Shown here piece after piece: positions 51,996-64,000 of a stretch of 64,000 nt of DNA. The DNA is taken from positions 3,100,001 to 3,164,000 of the forward strand of contig CM075991.1 in NCBI GenBank assembly GCA_038087875.1, in the 5' to 3' direction. Positions within the stretch are counted from its first letter, which is position 1, and each line of letters begins with the position of its first letter. A program made the position numbers and the translations under genes. This DNA comes from Malacoraja senta. Taxonomy: Eukaryota. The notes under the pieces were generated by a model, which was not told where the DNA came from, did not search any database, and saw only the letters and a list, made by a program, of their open reading frames with translations.

Positions 51996-54900
51996 TACTG
52001 TTGAGTAAAAGCAACTTTAGAGGCATGGGGGAGGAGCTGGCTAAAGTTGAAAGGGACCCAAACAGGAAAGACGGAGGAGCAACAATGGCGTGAGTTTTTG
52101 GCAGTAACTTGGAAGACGCATGGAGACAGGAGTCATCCCAGAGGACTGGGAAATTGCAAATGTTTCTCACTGTTCACGAAGGAAGCAAAGTGAAAGAGAG
52201 GAAACTACAGGCTCGTTAGCCTAAACTATAGGCTGGTTAGCCTAAACACTCAGTGTTTAGTAAGATTTTAGAGTCCACTAGTTAGAATGAAATTTCTGAG
52301 TACTTAGAGGCATATGATGAAATTGGCAGAGTTCAGCATGGGTTTGTCAAAGGGAGGACTTGCCTGCTGAATCTGTTGGAATTCTTTGAGGAATTAAATA
52401 ACAGGATAGACAAAGGAGGATAGTGGATGTTGTTTACCTGGGTTTTCAGAGGACCTTTGATGAGAATGAGATGGTGAGAGCCCATGGTATTAGAGGGAAG
52501 ATACTAGCATGGATAGAAGGTCGGCTGAATGACAGAAGGCAAAGAGTGTGAATAAAGGGGGCTTTTATGGTTGGCAGTTGGTAACCAGTGATGTTCCGCA
52601 TGGGCCGGTGTTCGGGCCGCTGCTCTTCACATTGTATATCAATGATTTGTATGAGGGAACTAAAGGCTTTGTGGCCAGGTTTGCAGATGACTGGTGGAGG
52701 GACAGATAGTGTAGAGGAAGCAGAGGGTCTGCAGAAGGACTTCGACAAGTTGGAAGAGTGGGCAAAGAAGTGGCAGATGGAATACAGTGTCGTAAAATGT
52801 GCAATCATGCACTTTGTTAGTAAAAAAAAAAGCCGTAGACAATTTACTAAATTGGGAGAGGGTTCAGAAGTCGGAGTTGCAGAGGGACTTGTGAGTGCTG
52901 GTGCAAGTTTCCCAAAAGGTTAATTTGCAAATTGAATCGATAGTAAGGAAGGTAAAAATAATGTTAGTGTTTATTTATGAGAGGATTAGAATATAAAATC
53001 AAGGATATAATGCTTAGGCATTTGAAAGCACTGGTCAGACTGTATTTGGAAATGGTACACAGTTTTGGGAACCATGACTGAGGAGGGATTAGTTCAGTTT
53101 AGTTTAGAGATACAGTGCAGAAACAGGCCCTTTCGGCCCACTGGGTCTGCACTGACCAGCGATCCCCGCACATTAACATTATCCTATACCCACTAGGGAC
53201 AATTTTTACATTTACCAAGCCAATTAACCTACATACCTGTACGTCTTTGGAGTGTGGGAAGAAACCAAAGATCTCAGAGAAAACCGGTGATCTCCGAGGG
53301 GGACCACAGTGAAACATGAAAGACCTGGATAGAGTGGATATGGAGAGCATGTTTCCATTTCTGGGAGTGTCCAGGTCTAGAGGGTCAACCTCAGAACAAA
53401 AGAATGTACCTTTACAAGTTCACAAGATATATGAGTAGATTTAGGCCATCAGGCCCATCAAGTCCACCGCCATTCAATCATGGCTGATCTCTGCCTCCTA
53501 ATCCAATTTTCCTGCATTCTCCCCATAACCCTTGACACCTGTTCTAATCAAGAATTTGCATATCTATGCCTTAGAAATATCCACTGACGGCCTCCACAGC
53601 CCTGTGTGGCAATAAATTCCACAGATTGACTATCCTCTGACTAAAAAGGTTCCTCCTCATCTCCTTGCTAAAAGATCGTCCTTTAATTCTGAGGCTATGA
53701 TCCCTGGTCCTAGACTCTACCACCAGTGGAAACATCCTTTCCACATCCACTCAATCTATGCTTTTCATTATTCTGTAAGCTTCAATGAGGTCCCCCCTTA
53801 ACCTACTAAACTCCAGCGAGTGGAACCCAGTAATGTCAAACGCTGATCATATGCTATCCCACTCATTCCTGAAATAATTCTTGTAAACCTCGCGACCCTC
53901 TCCAGAACCAGCACTTCCTCAAAAAATGGGCCCAAATTTATTCACAAGATCATTTGCTTAGAAAGGAGATGAAGAGGAATTTCTTCGGTCGGTGTGGAGA
54001 ATCTGTGGAATGCATTGCCACAGCAGGCGATGGAGGCCATGATTCAGTTTCTTTACAGCGGAAATGGATAGATTCTTGATTAGTAAGGATATCAATGTTT
54101 ATGGGGCGAAGGCAGGAGAATGCTGTTGAGATGGAAATATAGACCAGTCATGATTGAATGGCGGAATAGACTCGATGGGCTTAATGGCCTAATCCTGCTC
54201 CTGTGACTTATGAACTCGTGAAATGTCACTATCCATGTTCGCCAGAGATGCTGCTTGACCTGCTGAGTTACTCCAGCACTCTTGTGTGTTTTTGTACAAA
54301 CCATCATCTGCAGTTCCTTGTATCTCCTGGAACGGTTTGCTCGAGCTCCCAAACTTCACTCTGACAGAGGATTCCACATGCACTCTAGCAGCGATGCACA
54401 GGTGATTTCAGGCCAAACCTCTTCTGCCCGCAACCTGAAATTTAAAACGGATATATTTTCTCTTCTTCTCGGAACTGAAGAAGCAAATTCAACCTGAAAT
54501 GTGAACATTATTGCTGAATCTCGGCAGGGTGCCTCACATTCTGAGTGTTTCCGGCACTTTTCTGTTTATTTCATACTTCCTTGATGTGCAGTTTTGTTTT
54601 GATTTTCAAATCATTTCGAATGAGCATTTAGAATGTTTTCAATTGTCTTCGAAACTAGCGAGAAAACTGAGGATAATTGGGAAATAATCGTCAAAATGCA
54701 GAATTAATTAATTAATTAATTTTACATGTATTTGTTTAATCCTGTTTTCCAATGGTCAGTAGGATGTGATATTGTGCATACTGGCAGCCTCTGCTTCCTT
54801 CCATGAAGCCAATTTTCTATCCATTCAGCTGTCCCATGGGATCTAACCTTCCACAGCAGCCCACCATGTGGAACCTTCTCGAATGCCTTACTGGAACCCA

Positions 54901-55100
54901 TGTATACATCGCCTACAGCTCTGCCTTCATTGATCTTTTTGGTCACTTCCTCAAAAAACTGAATCAAATTTGTGAGCCACAATCTCCCATGTACAGAACC
55001 AAGTCACACGAGCAGAATTAGGCGATACTGCCCATCGAGTCTACTCTGCCATTCAATCGTGGCTGATCTATCCCTCTCAACCCTGCTATCTTGCCTTTTC
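51996..55100. mobile_element. Degraded CR1 fragments on both strands with SINE and pLTR inserts
   Basis: CR1 RT motifs (GNYR.VSL, QHGF, RFAD, LQKD.D.LEEWA.KWQM). Confidence 0.7.
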
Positions 55101-56720
55101 CCTTCACTTGCAGGAAGTGAGTGCAGGGAAACTTGTCATTGGTGACTATATTTGGGAAGTGTCTCCAGCTACGATTCCTGATTGACAACATCATGTTGGC
55201 TGGACCCCAGGATGGACACATCCCAGTGCATCTGTAATGCTGAGAGCATCATAGATAGGAGGTTCAGTGAGGTGAGCACAAACAATGTGCACCTGGTGGG
55301 AGCTGGGTGACCACCAGGAAAGACAGCAGATAGGCAGAGCAATCAGGATTCCTCTGTGATGATTCCCCTCACTAACAAGTCTATTGGTTCACAAAAAAGC
55401 CACAAAGTGTTGGAGTAACTTAGCTGGCCATGCAGCACCTCTGCAGAACATGGATAGGTGATGTTTTAGTGCGTGACCTGAGTCTGAAGAAGAGTCCTGG
55501 TCTGACACGTCACCTATCCACGTCCTCCAGAGATGCTGCCTGACCTGCATAGTTACTCCAGCACTTTGTGTCTTTTTTGAATATCATATTGGGTACAGTT
55601 AGGGGGATAATCGTTCAGAGAGGAGCAGCAGCTACCATGTCTGTGGCACGGTAGCTGGCTTCAATTCACATCAGGGGCGGGTGGAGACGGAGAGCTATCG
55701 TATTAGGACCCTCGATAGTTAGAGGGACAGCAGAAGATTCTATAGTAGCAAATGAGATACCAGGATGTTACTTTGCCTTTGGGGTGTCACAGTCAAGGAT
55801 GTCTCTGAGCGGTTGCAGAAAATACTCAAGTGGAAATGTGAGCTGCCAAAGGTCGTTGGACATATTTTGTTTCAAACGACAAAGGTAGGAAAAGGAACAA
55901 AGTCGTGCAGTGTGAATAAAGGAAATTAGTTAGTTTAGTTTATTGTAACGTGTAGGTATGGTAAAAAAATATCGAGTCAGTGGACACACTGATGTCATGG
56001 GCAGTAATCTCTGGATTAATTCAGATGTCAAGTGCCAGTGGGAAGAGGGAGAGAAGCACAGGACAGGTGAATATGTGACTGAGGGGCTGGTGTTCAAGTT
56101 TTTGGACCATTGGCATCTCTTCTGGGTTGACCTGTACAGGAGGGTGTGTTGCACCTGAGCTAGAGCGGGAGAAATAGACTGGCAGAGGGATATGCCGAGG
56201 CTACATAGGTGGGTCAAATTAGTGTCTCTGGACTATGGGACGCAAATCAGTGGTGAGGCAGATAAGAAGGTTGAGCCAAGTACACGTTCAAGTGAACAAG
56301 TTTGGCAGACAGTTCTTCCAGCTACGTGGCAGTGAACAAGAATGGTCTGTGTGGGTAGGAACTGCAAATGCTGGTTTAAACCGAACATAGACACAAGATG
56401 CTGGAGTAACTCAGCAGGACAGGCAGCATCTCTTGTGAGAAGATCTCCAACGAGAATGGTCTGATGATTTAATCTGCATTTATTTCAATGCCGGACTGAC
56501 AGAGGAATTCGGGAATTGGGTTGAAACATGAGGATCGAATACAATGGCTCAATGTGTGGTTCATGGCGTCAGGACAAGCAGCTCAATGTTCTGGGGCAGA
56601 AGCGATGGACCTGGAGGTAAGATTCAAGGGGAACTTTTACCGCGGGACCAGGGTGATAATGCCGATTGCATGGTCAGTATCTTAGAAGATGACACTGAAA
56701 TTGGAAGGATACATAGTGGC
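55100..56720 (+). mobile_element. CR1 5' region remnant (ORF1 zinc finger and SGNH esterase-like)
   Basis: Frameshifted RAIVLG.SIVRG and C..G.TVKDVSERLQKIL at ~55690-55860. Confidence 0.55.
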
Positions 56721-56757
56721 AGATTATTATATCTTTCAAGGAATTGCTCCCTCAAGC

Positions 56758-57654
56758 CATGGACGGAAATCCTCGGGGGGGGGGGGGGCACATCCCCACC
56801 GTTTTGAGAGGTGGTGGACAATCCCCCCCATGTTTTGTAATCCGGATTTTGAAATTCGGTGAAAAAAACCCAATTAAAATCTCCGCTTTCCACGACAGTC
56901 AGGGGTGTCGCTGTTTAGCGCTTGTGAAATGTCTCTATTAACACCGTATTAGCACGATGTGTCACCAATTGTGTTTTGACCTTCCAAAGCTGTCTGATGT
57001 GGGTACAATTAGCATTCAAACTAATTGGATGTATTGGTGGATGGGAAAGATTTAAACGGGTATCGATTTAAACCGGTCAGGTCATTAAGGAATCCGTTCG
57101 AATAGGTTTCCTGGCTGGCTTGTAGGTAAGTAATTCATTCGGTCACTCACGTTATTTAGTATTTTCCCCCCATCTTTCTCTCTCTCCCCCCTCCAAGGTT
57201 GGTTCTTCTGTTTGCCTTTATTTGCTTCAGTTTTATTTGTTTTAGTGTTATTTATCACATTGTAGCTTTTGAAAGATTCAAGCAGATATCAGACGCTTCC
57301 TGAGGGCTGAATCGGCCCGTTCGCGGGGCCTTTCATCGCCCGGCGCGGCTTAAAATCAAACTGCTGCATCGAGGCGATCGATGCTTGCGATGTTGAAGCC
57401 CCCGCCGGCCGATTTTAAGTCACGCCGGGCGATGAAAGGCCCTGTGAACGGGCCGATTCAAGCCCCATGATTCAGGGCGGATGAAGCTGCTGTTGGTGGA
57501 GTTTGGAGTCGGTCACCAACCAGATCAGCTCCCGATGTTACCGTCCACAGGGCCCATGGCCAAAGACTCCGAAGCCTTGTGTGTGTTTGTGTGCATGCAC
57601 AGGCCGGCAAGAAATTGTGTCCCCCCAATATTTTGATAGCGATTTCTGCCGCGG
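56758..57654. mobile_element. Non-autonomous hAT-type element, 897 bp
   Basis: 8-bp TSD CCTCAAGC (56750-56757, 57655-57662); imperfect TIRs CATGGACGGAAATC / GATTTCTGCCGCGG with subterminal G and C runs. Confidence 0.75.
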
Positions 57655-58460
57655 CCTCAAGCCACTAGGAGAAAACATGGGGTGAGGAAATCATGTCGTT
57701 TATGCATGGGAGCTCTCCACGAGACTTTCAACGACGTCGAAGGATACATTTTCAAACACATTCTCTTGATTAATAGTTTCTTTATTGGCGGAGTAAAACA
57801 ATAAGATATTCATCCAGACTGATCAATGTTAGAAGGCTCCGCATGTGGCTCTGACCCTCCTCTCGAAAGCTCCGTTTATCTCCGCATGGCCCCCCATGCC
57901 TCCTCCGAACTAACTAAAAAACTGCAAGCTTCACCCACGTATCTCCGCAGCAAACACACATAATAAATCCCACCCACATAATTGCAGACATACAAAATTT
58001 AAAGGCAAATGCCATAATTTATGACATAAAATTATGCCAAATGGCCACTACATACCGGCCCCTAATTGTTCTGAGTATATAACGAGGCAATTACTAATAG
58101 ACATCAAAAAAGTAGCTATGAAGGCTTAACATATTTCAAAAACAAAAATTAGCATGCATTATATATCCTCATTCAGACTTCTTCAGCGATTCTTCCATCT
58201 TCACCTTTGCCTTCTAGAAGCAAGCATAATTAGTAAGATTAAACGAGAACTTACCTAAGTTTGAAGTTTGATCTTTATTTTATGAGGAGTTACGTAGGTG
58301 ATTACGTGAAGAACCCCGCCAGTGCGCCTGCGCGTCAATCTTCAAAGCAGCGGTGTGAAATCACAAAAAACAACAACCGAAGTAATATAGTCTCATAATA
58401 AAACGAGTAATACAAGAACTTCCATCTGACCTTTATGATAGAGGGTAGGGTCGTGGTGGG

Positions 58461-58573
58461 CACGTAATCACCTACGTAACTCCTCATAAAATAAAGATCA
58501 AACTTCAAACTTAGGTAAGTTCTCGTTTAATCTTACTATTTTACTTCGGAGTCACGTGAGTGACTACGTGAAG
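58461..58573. other. DIRS internal complementary region (ICR)
   Basis: 58461-58538 is the reverse complement of the terminus at 58231-58308; 58539-58573 is the reverse complement of the terminus at ~62956-62990. Confidence 0.92.
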
Positions 58574-58742
58574 ATTTTAAAGCTTTGTGATTTCATGCCG
58601 TGGATCAATCCCGGCTTCTCACTGCATAGATTGACTCGGAACGAGAATAATCAATCATGCATTCATAATAACATTTGTACCACAAATGCAGTAATTCATT
58701 TCAATAATGAAATGAATCAGATCCCCTTTAAACCAGAGGAAT

Positions 58743-59700
58743 TTACACAGAACTTAAAATAGTTTCTGCAAACAACCCCGCATTAACAATAGGCCGATGG
58801 TAAAAATGTTGAAACATCAACTCATTGGACCACCCGGCGGCTGCGAGGATATGGTCGACGGGGCCGTCTTTTGCCCTGGCCGCCGACGTTTCTGCTGCCC
58901 TAGGCGAGTGAGACGTAAAAACATAAGTGTTAATACCAGCAGCTGTTAAGACTTCTTTTATCCATCTGGAAATAGTCTGTATTGAAACTCTCTTGTGTGG
59001 TTTCTTGTGTGTGATCAACAACCCAGTTTCCGTATTCTCAAATTCTTTGTGACCTCAATGTATTTTAATAAATATGTCTTAATACAGAGACATGGATCAT
59101 TTGGATATGCTGCTAGCATAATTTTAAATCCTGTCACACCTGGCCTAATTTACTTTAGTAGGTCATAGATATAGAATGTAACCTTGTCTTCAGTTACTTC
59201 CATACTGTCTTTTTGTAATTTTCCAAGTGTTTGCACTCGTTGTGCTGTCACTCATGCCATAAGCATGAATACTTTCATACTGAGCTTGACCAAAGGTAAA
59301 GACACACTTGATGACCATTCACGAAGTAGTTTCAGTACCACACTTACATCCCAGATTGTCACGTACCTAGGTTTCGGTGGTTTGGAATTAAAGATTCCTT
59401 TCATTAGTCTGGAAACAATTGGGTGTGACCCAATTGAGTTTCTTTCTGAATCCAGAACCAAATATGAGGACAATGCACTTCTGGCTGAATTAATTGCACA
59501 ACAACTCAGACCTTCATCATAATAAAGTTTTGACAGAAATTCTAAACATTTGAAATATCTGCAGTACTTTATTGCACATTCTTTTGTACACAGAACTCTT
59601 CCCATTTCTTAATATAAGAAAGGTACTGTTTTTAAGTGCTCTTCCTCCCGGCTGCCGTAAGCATGTCCACAGTATGCTCAGACAGTCCTCGTCCCAGAAA
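58743..59700 (-). pseudogene. DIRS tyrosine recombinase (frameshifted)
   Basis: INSARSALS SAM-like region, TAQRVQTL, HSPRAA (HxxR) and AGWS...F..FY. Confidence 0.9.
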
Positions 59701-59756
59701 AGGCATTCTTAAAACCTGCAAATCAACAAATCCAAATGATGATATAATGGATGTTG

Positions 59757-61460
59757 TTACCCTGTTACAGAGTGCAACAATAAATTACTCCTTTTTGGGA
59801 CTTTCATCAACATTTGTGTTGTTAATTCTAATATCAACAGATACCATGGCTGTATAGGCCAATCTGGTACTACCAATACCCTTGAAGCAGCATCTTGCCT
59901 GATTTTAAGCAAACATTGGCTTATGAGGCAGAAAGGTGGAAATATATATGAAAACATACCACCCCAATGTAGCGAGAAAGCATCAATCGCCACTGCTCCT
60001 GGATCTGGTTTCCATGAGACATATCTCGATAGCTGATGATTCAAGTCGATGTCGGTCATTCCAAATCTGGTTACTATATCATTGAATACCTCTTGATTCA
60101 ACATCCATTCTTTATTATCATGGAACTTTCGTGACCTGGTGTCTGCTATCGTATTCATTCTACCTGGTAGATGGATAGCTGAAATCCAAATATTCTTTTC
60201 AATACACCAAGACCAAATTTAATTAGCCATTTTGTCACATGACACCGACTTGATTCCACCCATATGATTAATATAGGCAACTGCTGTTGTGTTATCAATT
60301 TGAACTTGAACATGCTTATTAGTTGTGTTAGAACAGTAAGCTTGGAGCCCATAGAAACATCCTAGAAGCTCCAAATAGTTAATTCCCCATGTCTGCAGTA
60401 ACAATGACTCTTCCTGATTCCATCTGCCTCCGCAGCTAGATGTTAAGTCAGTTGCACCCCATCCTAGTGCACTGGCATCAGTTTGTAATATCATGGAAGG
60501 TTGTTCAATCAGCACTTTGCTGGAACTGCTTGAGACATGTAGAATCCACCACTGCAGATCAGAAACTGCATTTGTTGTTAGTTGCATGGTTCTATCAAAA
60601 TGACCAACATGCTTTCTCAGTGCCTGTTCTTTAATTCTCTGCAGCTGTTGATAATGTAATGGTCCAAATTGAACTGCTGGGAATGCTGCTACTAATTTTC
60701 CTTGTACACGAGCCACCTGTCTAATTGAGGGTTTTTGCTCGTTTAGGAGATTACTACAATCTTTAATCAAATCCACCCTTTTTTCCCTGGGCAAAGTAAT
60801 ATTCATTTGGACTGAATCAATTGTAAACCCCAAATAATTAATAGAGGTGTTAACCTAGATTTCTTTGGATGAATTAGAAACCCCAAATTTTCAAAAATTG
60901 ATTTCACAACTGCAACAGATGCTTCTGTTGACTGTTTTGTCTTTCCTATAATCAAGACATCATCCAAATATGCCATGAGTACATGCCCCTGGCTTCTCAG
61001 CAAACCCAGAATTGGTTTTAACAATTTTGTGAATATTCTGGGTGCAGATGTTAACCCATTAGGCAGAGCTTTGAACTGCCACAAATGGTTCATCCATTTA
61101 AATTTAAGATACTTCCTATCTTCTGAATGAACAGACACTGAATAATATGCATCTTTCAAGTCTATAGTTGCCATATAACATGCTTCTGAAATAAGCTGTT
61201 TGGCAGTCACAAATGTTTCCATTTTAAAATGTCTAAATTGCACAAAAGGATTCAGATTTGTCAAATCTAGAATAATCCTACATCCTCCATCCTTTTTTGA
61301 TCGAGGGAATATATTTCACACAAATTGGTGACTTGGGTAGACTGATTTTTTCAATAACCCCTTTTTTATATAGGGTTTCAAGTGCAACCTGAACCTCCAT
61401 CACTTCTTTTTGTACAAAGTGCAGAGTTCGGCTAGGAACATGCTGAACAGGCAAATCATA
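59757..61460 (-). pseudogene. DIRS RT, RNase H and DAM-methylase-like ORF (frameshifted)
   Basis: IDLKDAYYSV, LPNGLTSAPRIFTK and AYLDD; TDASALGWGA, INYLEL and DNTTAVAYIN; DAFSLHW...Y.FPPF. Confidence 0.92.
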
Positions 61461-64000
61461 ATTTGGATTGACTCCAATTCGAAATCCTTGTATATGATTC
61501 TGCCTCCAACTTTTGGACTTAATCCAGTTAGTATGTTCCCATGAGAACCAGGTCCACCTACCTCTTGAGTCATTTGAGTACCCTGAGATTCCTGGGTTCT
61601 CCCGGAAGCACGCCCACTGGTTCTTGCTCCCGCTGCAGGCCGCCAACTACGTCCCTGCGTTGATGAGCGACTTGGTCCAGGATCCGTATGACGTCTGAAA
61701 GGATACTTCCTCTTTACAGACTTCACAACCATTGATGTCTTCATCAATCCTGTTTTCGCTTCATCTTCCAACTCTTTAATACGTCTCCCGAGATCCTCTC
61801 CAAAGAGTAAGTTGGGTAATTGTATATTACTTGGTTTGCAGAGTGCTGCGAATTTTGGATTCATAGTAGGCCGTATCACACTTTTCCTCAGACAATTGTC
61901 TCGAAGTGGGTGCTGCATAGCAACCCCAGTGTTTCCTGATGCAACTCCGTCATCTCTTGGCTTTTTTCTGCTATTCTGGCAAAAGCAGTTATTCCAGAAC
62001 CCAGCAGCTTTAATATTCTCTGCAACTGATTCCAGATAATTTTATTCACTGCTGCTGCTTTCAGCAACCCACAGTTACTTCTTGCAGTCTCATCCATTTC
62101 CTGCTGTTCCAGCTAATGGTAAACCAAGTAATTTATTAAGGAGGCCAGTTCTTCTCCTAATGGCTCTCCTGACCCTGACGGGGCAGCGAATCCTACTGCC
62201 AGGAGTGGAACATCTGGCAGCTGCCGTTCATCGCCTTGTACAGCCTCACCGTCAGAGTCGGGGTCTGAAATCTCATGACCCGTAGCACGCTCCTCATTCC
62301 TGAGGGTGCATTCCATCAGCCCTGAGCCAGGTGCTGTTAAGCTGCTCCTGCAGCTTGGATTACAGTACACTCCTTCCTGAGTGAACTTTGCTCCAACAGC
62401 CTACGAAAAAGGCTTTCTATTTGGGCAACATGCTCGAAAGCAGTATCTAGCCCTGTACCAGGAGCTGTTTGAGCTGTTTCCAGCAGCTTGCTTTCAGTAC
62501 ACTCCTCCCTGAGTGAACTTTGCTCCAAAAGCCTATGTAAAAGGCTTTCTATTTGGGCAATATGCTCGAAAGCAGTATCTAGCCCTGGAGCTACTTACAT
62601 TGCCTGGGACTCCCTCCTGGGCCGTTGGGGTTTAAACTTCGTCTTTTGCCCGACAGGCGCTGGCTGTGTTTTCACCAGCCCCAGGTCCACAGTCGCTATG
62701 CTCACCGCTGGCGACTGTACCGCGGTTTAGAGGCGGTTGGTCTCTAACCGCAGACTCCCGACTTTCCCGACTACTGTCGGCTGTGTCGCTCGCCTCTTCC
62801 CCCTGTCCGTTTTTTCCATGGCGTCTGTGGAAAAAATTCCCCATAGACCCACAGTAAACGGACCTGGAAAACCTGAAAAAAGTTATTACTTACCTTGTAG
62901 TTGAAAAACTACAAATCCACTCTCAGGAATGACGCGCAGGCGCACTGGCGGGGTTCTTCACGTAGTCACTCACGTGACTCCGAAGTAAAATTGGTTATTG
63001 GTCTTATTAAAACATTGTTTTTAGTTTGAAGTCGTACCATGCGCACCAAACCCTTAACATCAGGCATGATACTCTGCATATAGTCCAAAACACAAAAGCC
63101 CAAAGTTTTGATGGCATGAAACTTCTTCCTCCATGTCCGATCAACTCATGGATATGTTGTAACAATAATGTTGAATTGTGAAAATCCTTCGAGAGAATAA
63201 TAGGATATTTAGCAATAACGTTCATTGTTAGGTTTTGTTTAATTTCCGGATCATTAGCAGAGATTTCAATTCACAGCTCAAGTTTTGGCCATTCTCTGTG
63301 TGGCTTACAGAGAAACTCTGGTCCATTGATCCATCACTTATTGCTTAAGAAGCGGTTCACTGTCAGTCTTCTAGAAGCTTCATGTGCAGAATTGTCTTTT
63401 GTGTTAACATATTTCCATTGTGAAACATTAGTAGCTCCCAATGCTCTTTCCATTTGCAAATTGTCTTTGACCAAATCCAACTCTCTGGTCTCTTTGGCTC
63501 TATCATCTGGTGGAATGCTTTCCAATATAACACAACTGTTGCTGATCCACTTGGAAAGCGAGAATCCTTCCATTTTGCAAAGGGAAGTCAGATGTTCCAT
63601 TTGAATTGCTTCCTGCCCAGTAGCCATGGATTTTAAGCAATCATCCACATAGAAATTATTCTTCAAAGTGGTTATCTCTTCCTCTGTAAAGTGAACTTTA
63701 TTGTCCTCTGTGGTTTTCTTTAATGCAAAGTTCGCACAACTTGGTGATGACACTGCTCCAAAGAGATGTATCTTCATCTGGTATTCGACAAGATCTTGTT
63801 GTACATCCCCTTCAGGCCACCATAAGAATCGCAGGTAGTCAATGTGATTTTTTGATTCTTTGACTTGATGAAACATGGATCAGATATCAGCCATCAAAGC
63901 AATTGGTTCTGGTCTGAATTTAATGAGAACTCCAATGAGTGAGTTGGTAAGGTCTGGACCTTGCAGTAGTTGACAGTTAAGTGACGTTTCTTTGAAGACT

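Larger units (their letters stand above)
58231..62990 (-). mobile_element. Full-length DIRS1-type tyrosine-recombinase retrotransposon (4760 bp, coding frames disrupted)
   Basis: Order gag, RT, RNase H, methylase-like domain, YR; non-identical inverted termini and an internal complementary region. Confidence 0.95.
57694..64000 (-). mobile_element. BEL/Pao LTR retrotransposon remnant (pol with deletions, putative 3' LTR ~57694-58052), interrupted by DIRS
   Basis: ADI.SMFHQV, LRFLWW, HLFGAVSSPSCANFAL, NFYVDDCL and GLVR..RPITKLCLLLE; purine-rich tract then TGT at 58052; the LTR end is uncertain. Confidence 0.85.

Noticed and set aside
54368..54411. Possible + strand micro-exon downstream of the SRCR exon
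   Set aside because: Weak splice sites and a length that does not preserve phase 1-1
58231..58573. Terminator or CRISPR-like repeat structure
   Set aside because: Fully explained by the DIRS terminus and ICR
59757..60158. Bacterial or phage DNA methylase acquired by horizontal transfer
   Set aside because: This is the standard methylase-like domain of DIRS elements in its expected position

Overview
Eukaryotic (vertebrate) genomic DNA, most likely from an elasmobranch (skate, ray or shark), judged from HE1-type V-SINEs, abundant CR1/HER1 LINEs and Penelope-derived repeats. Most of the window is transposon-derived. It holds a near-intact L1 (1-5930) with one TGA in each ORF, many CR1 fragments, Rex/Babar, hAT, Tc1 and a Harbinger MITE, and an ERV integrase/env remnant. 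It also holds nested L1s, a THAP-coding element with ~500-bp inverted arms, Penelope pLTR repeats carrying minimal hammerhead ribozyme cores, and a full-length DIRS1-type tyrosine-recombinase retrotransposon inserted without a TSD into a BEL/Pao element. The only host gene I can support is the 5' part of a + strand scavenger-receptor cysteine-rich (CD163/WC1/DMBT1-like) gene: a signal-peptide exon (32081-32126), a 33-nt micro-exon (37509-37541) and an SRCR exon (38305-38625), all in compatible phase 1. The most unusual observation is a hammerhead-containing Penelope pLTR fragment capped at its 5' end by (CTAACC)8 telomeric repeats, with its empty paralogous site 1.7 kb upstream. All calls were made by eye; no searches or alignments were run, so family names and the boundaries of degraded repeats are approximate.
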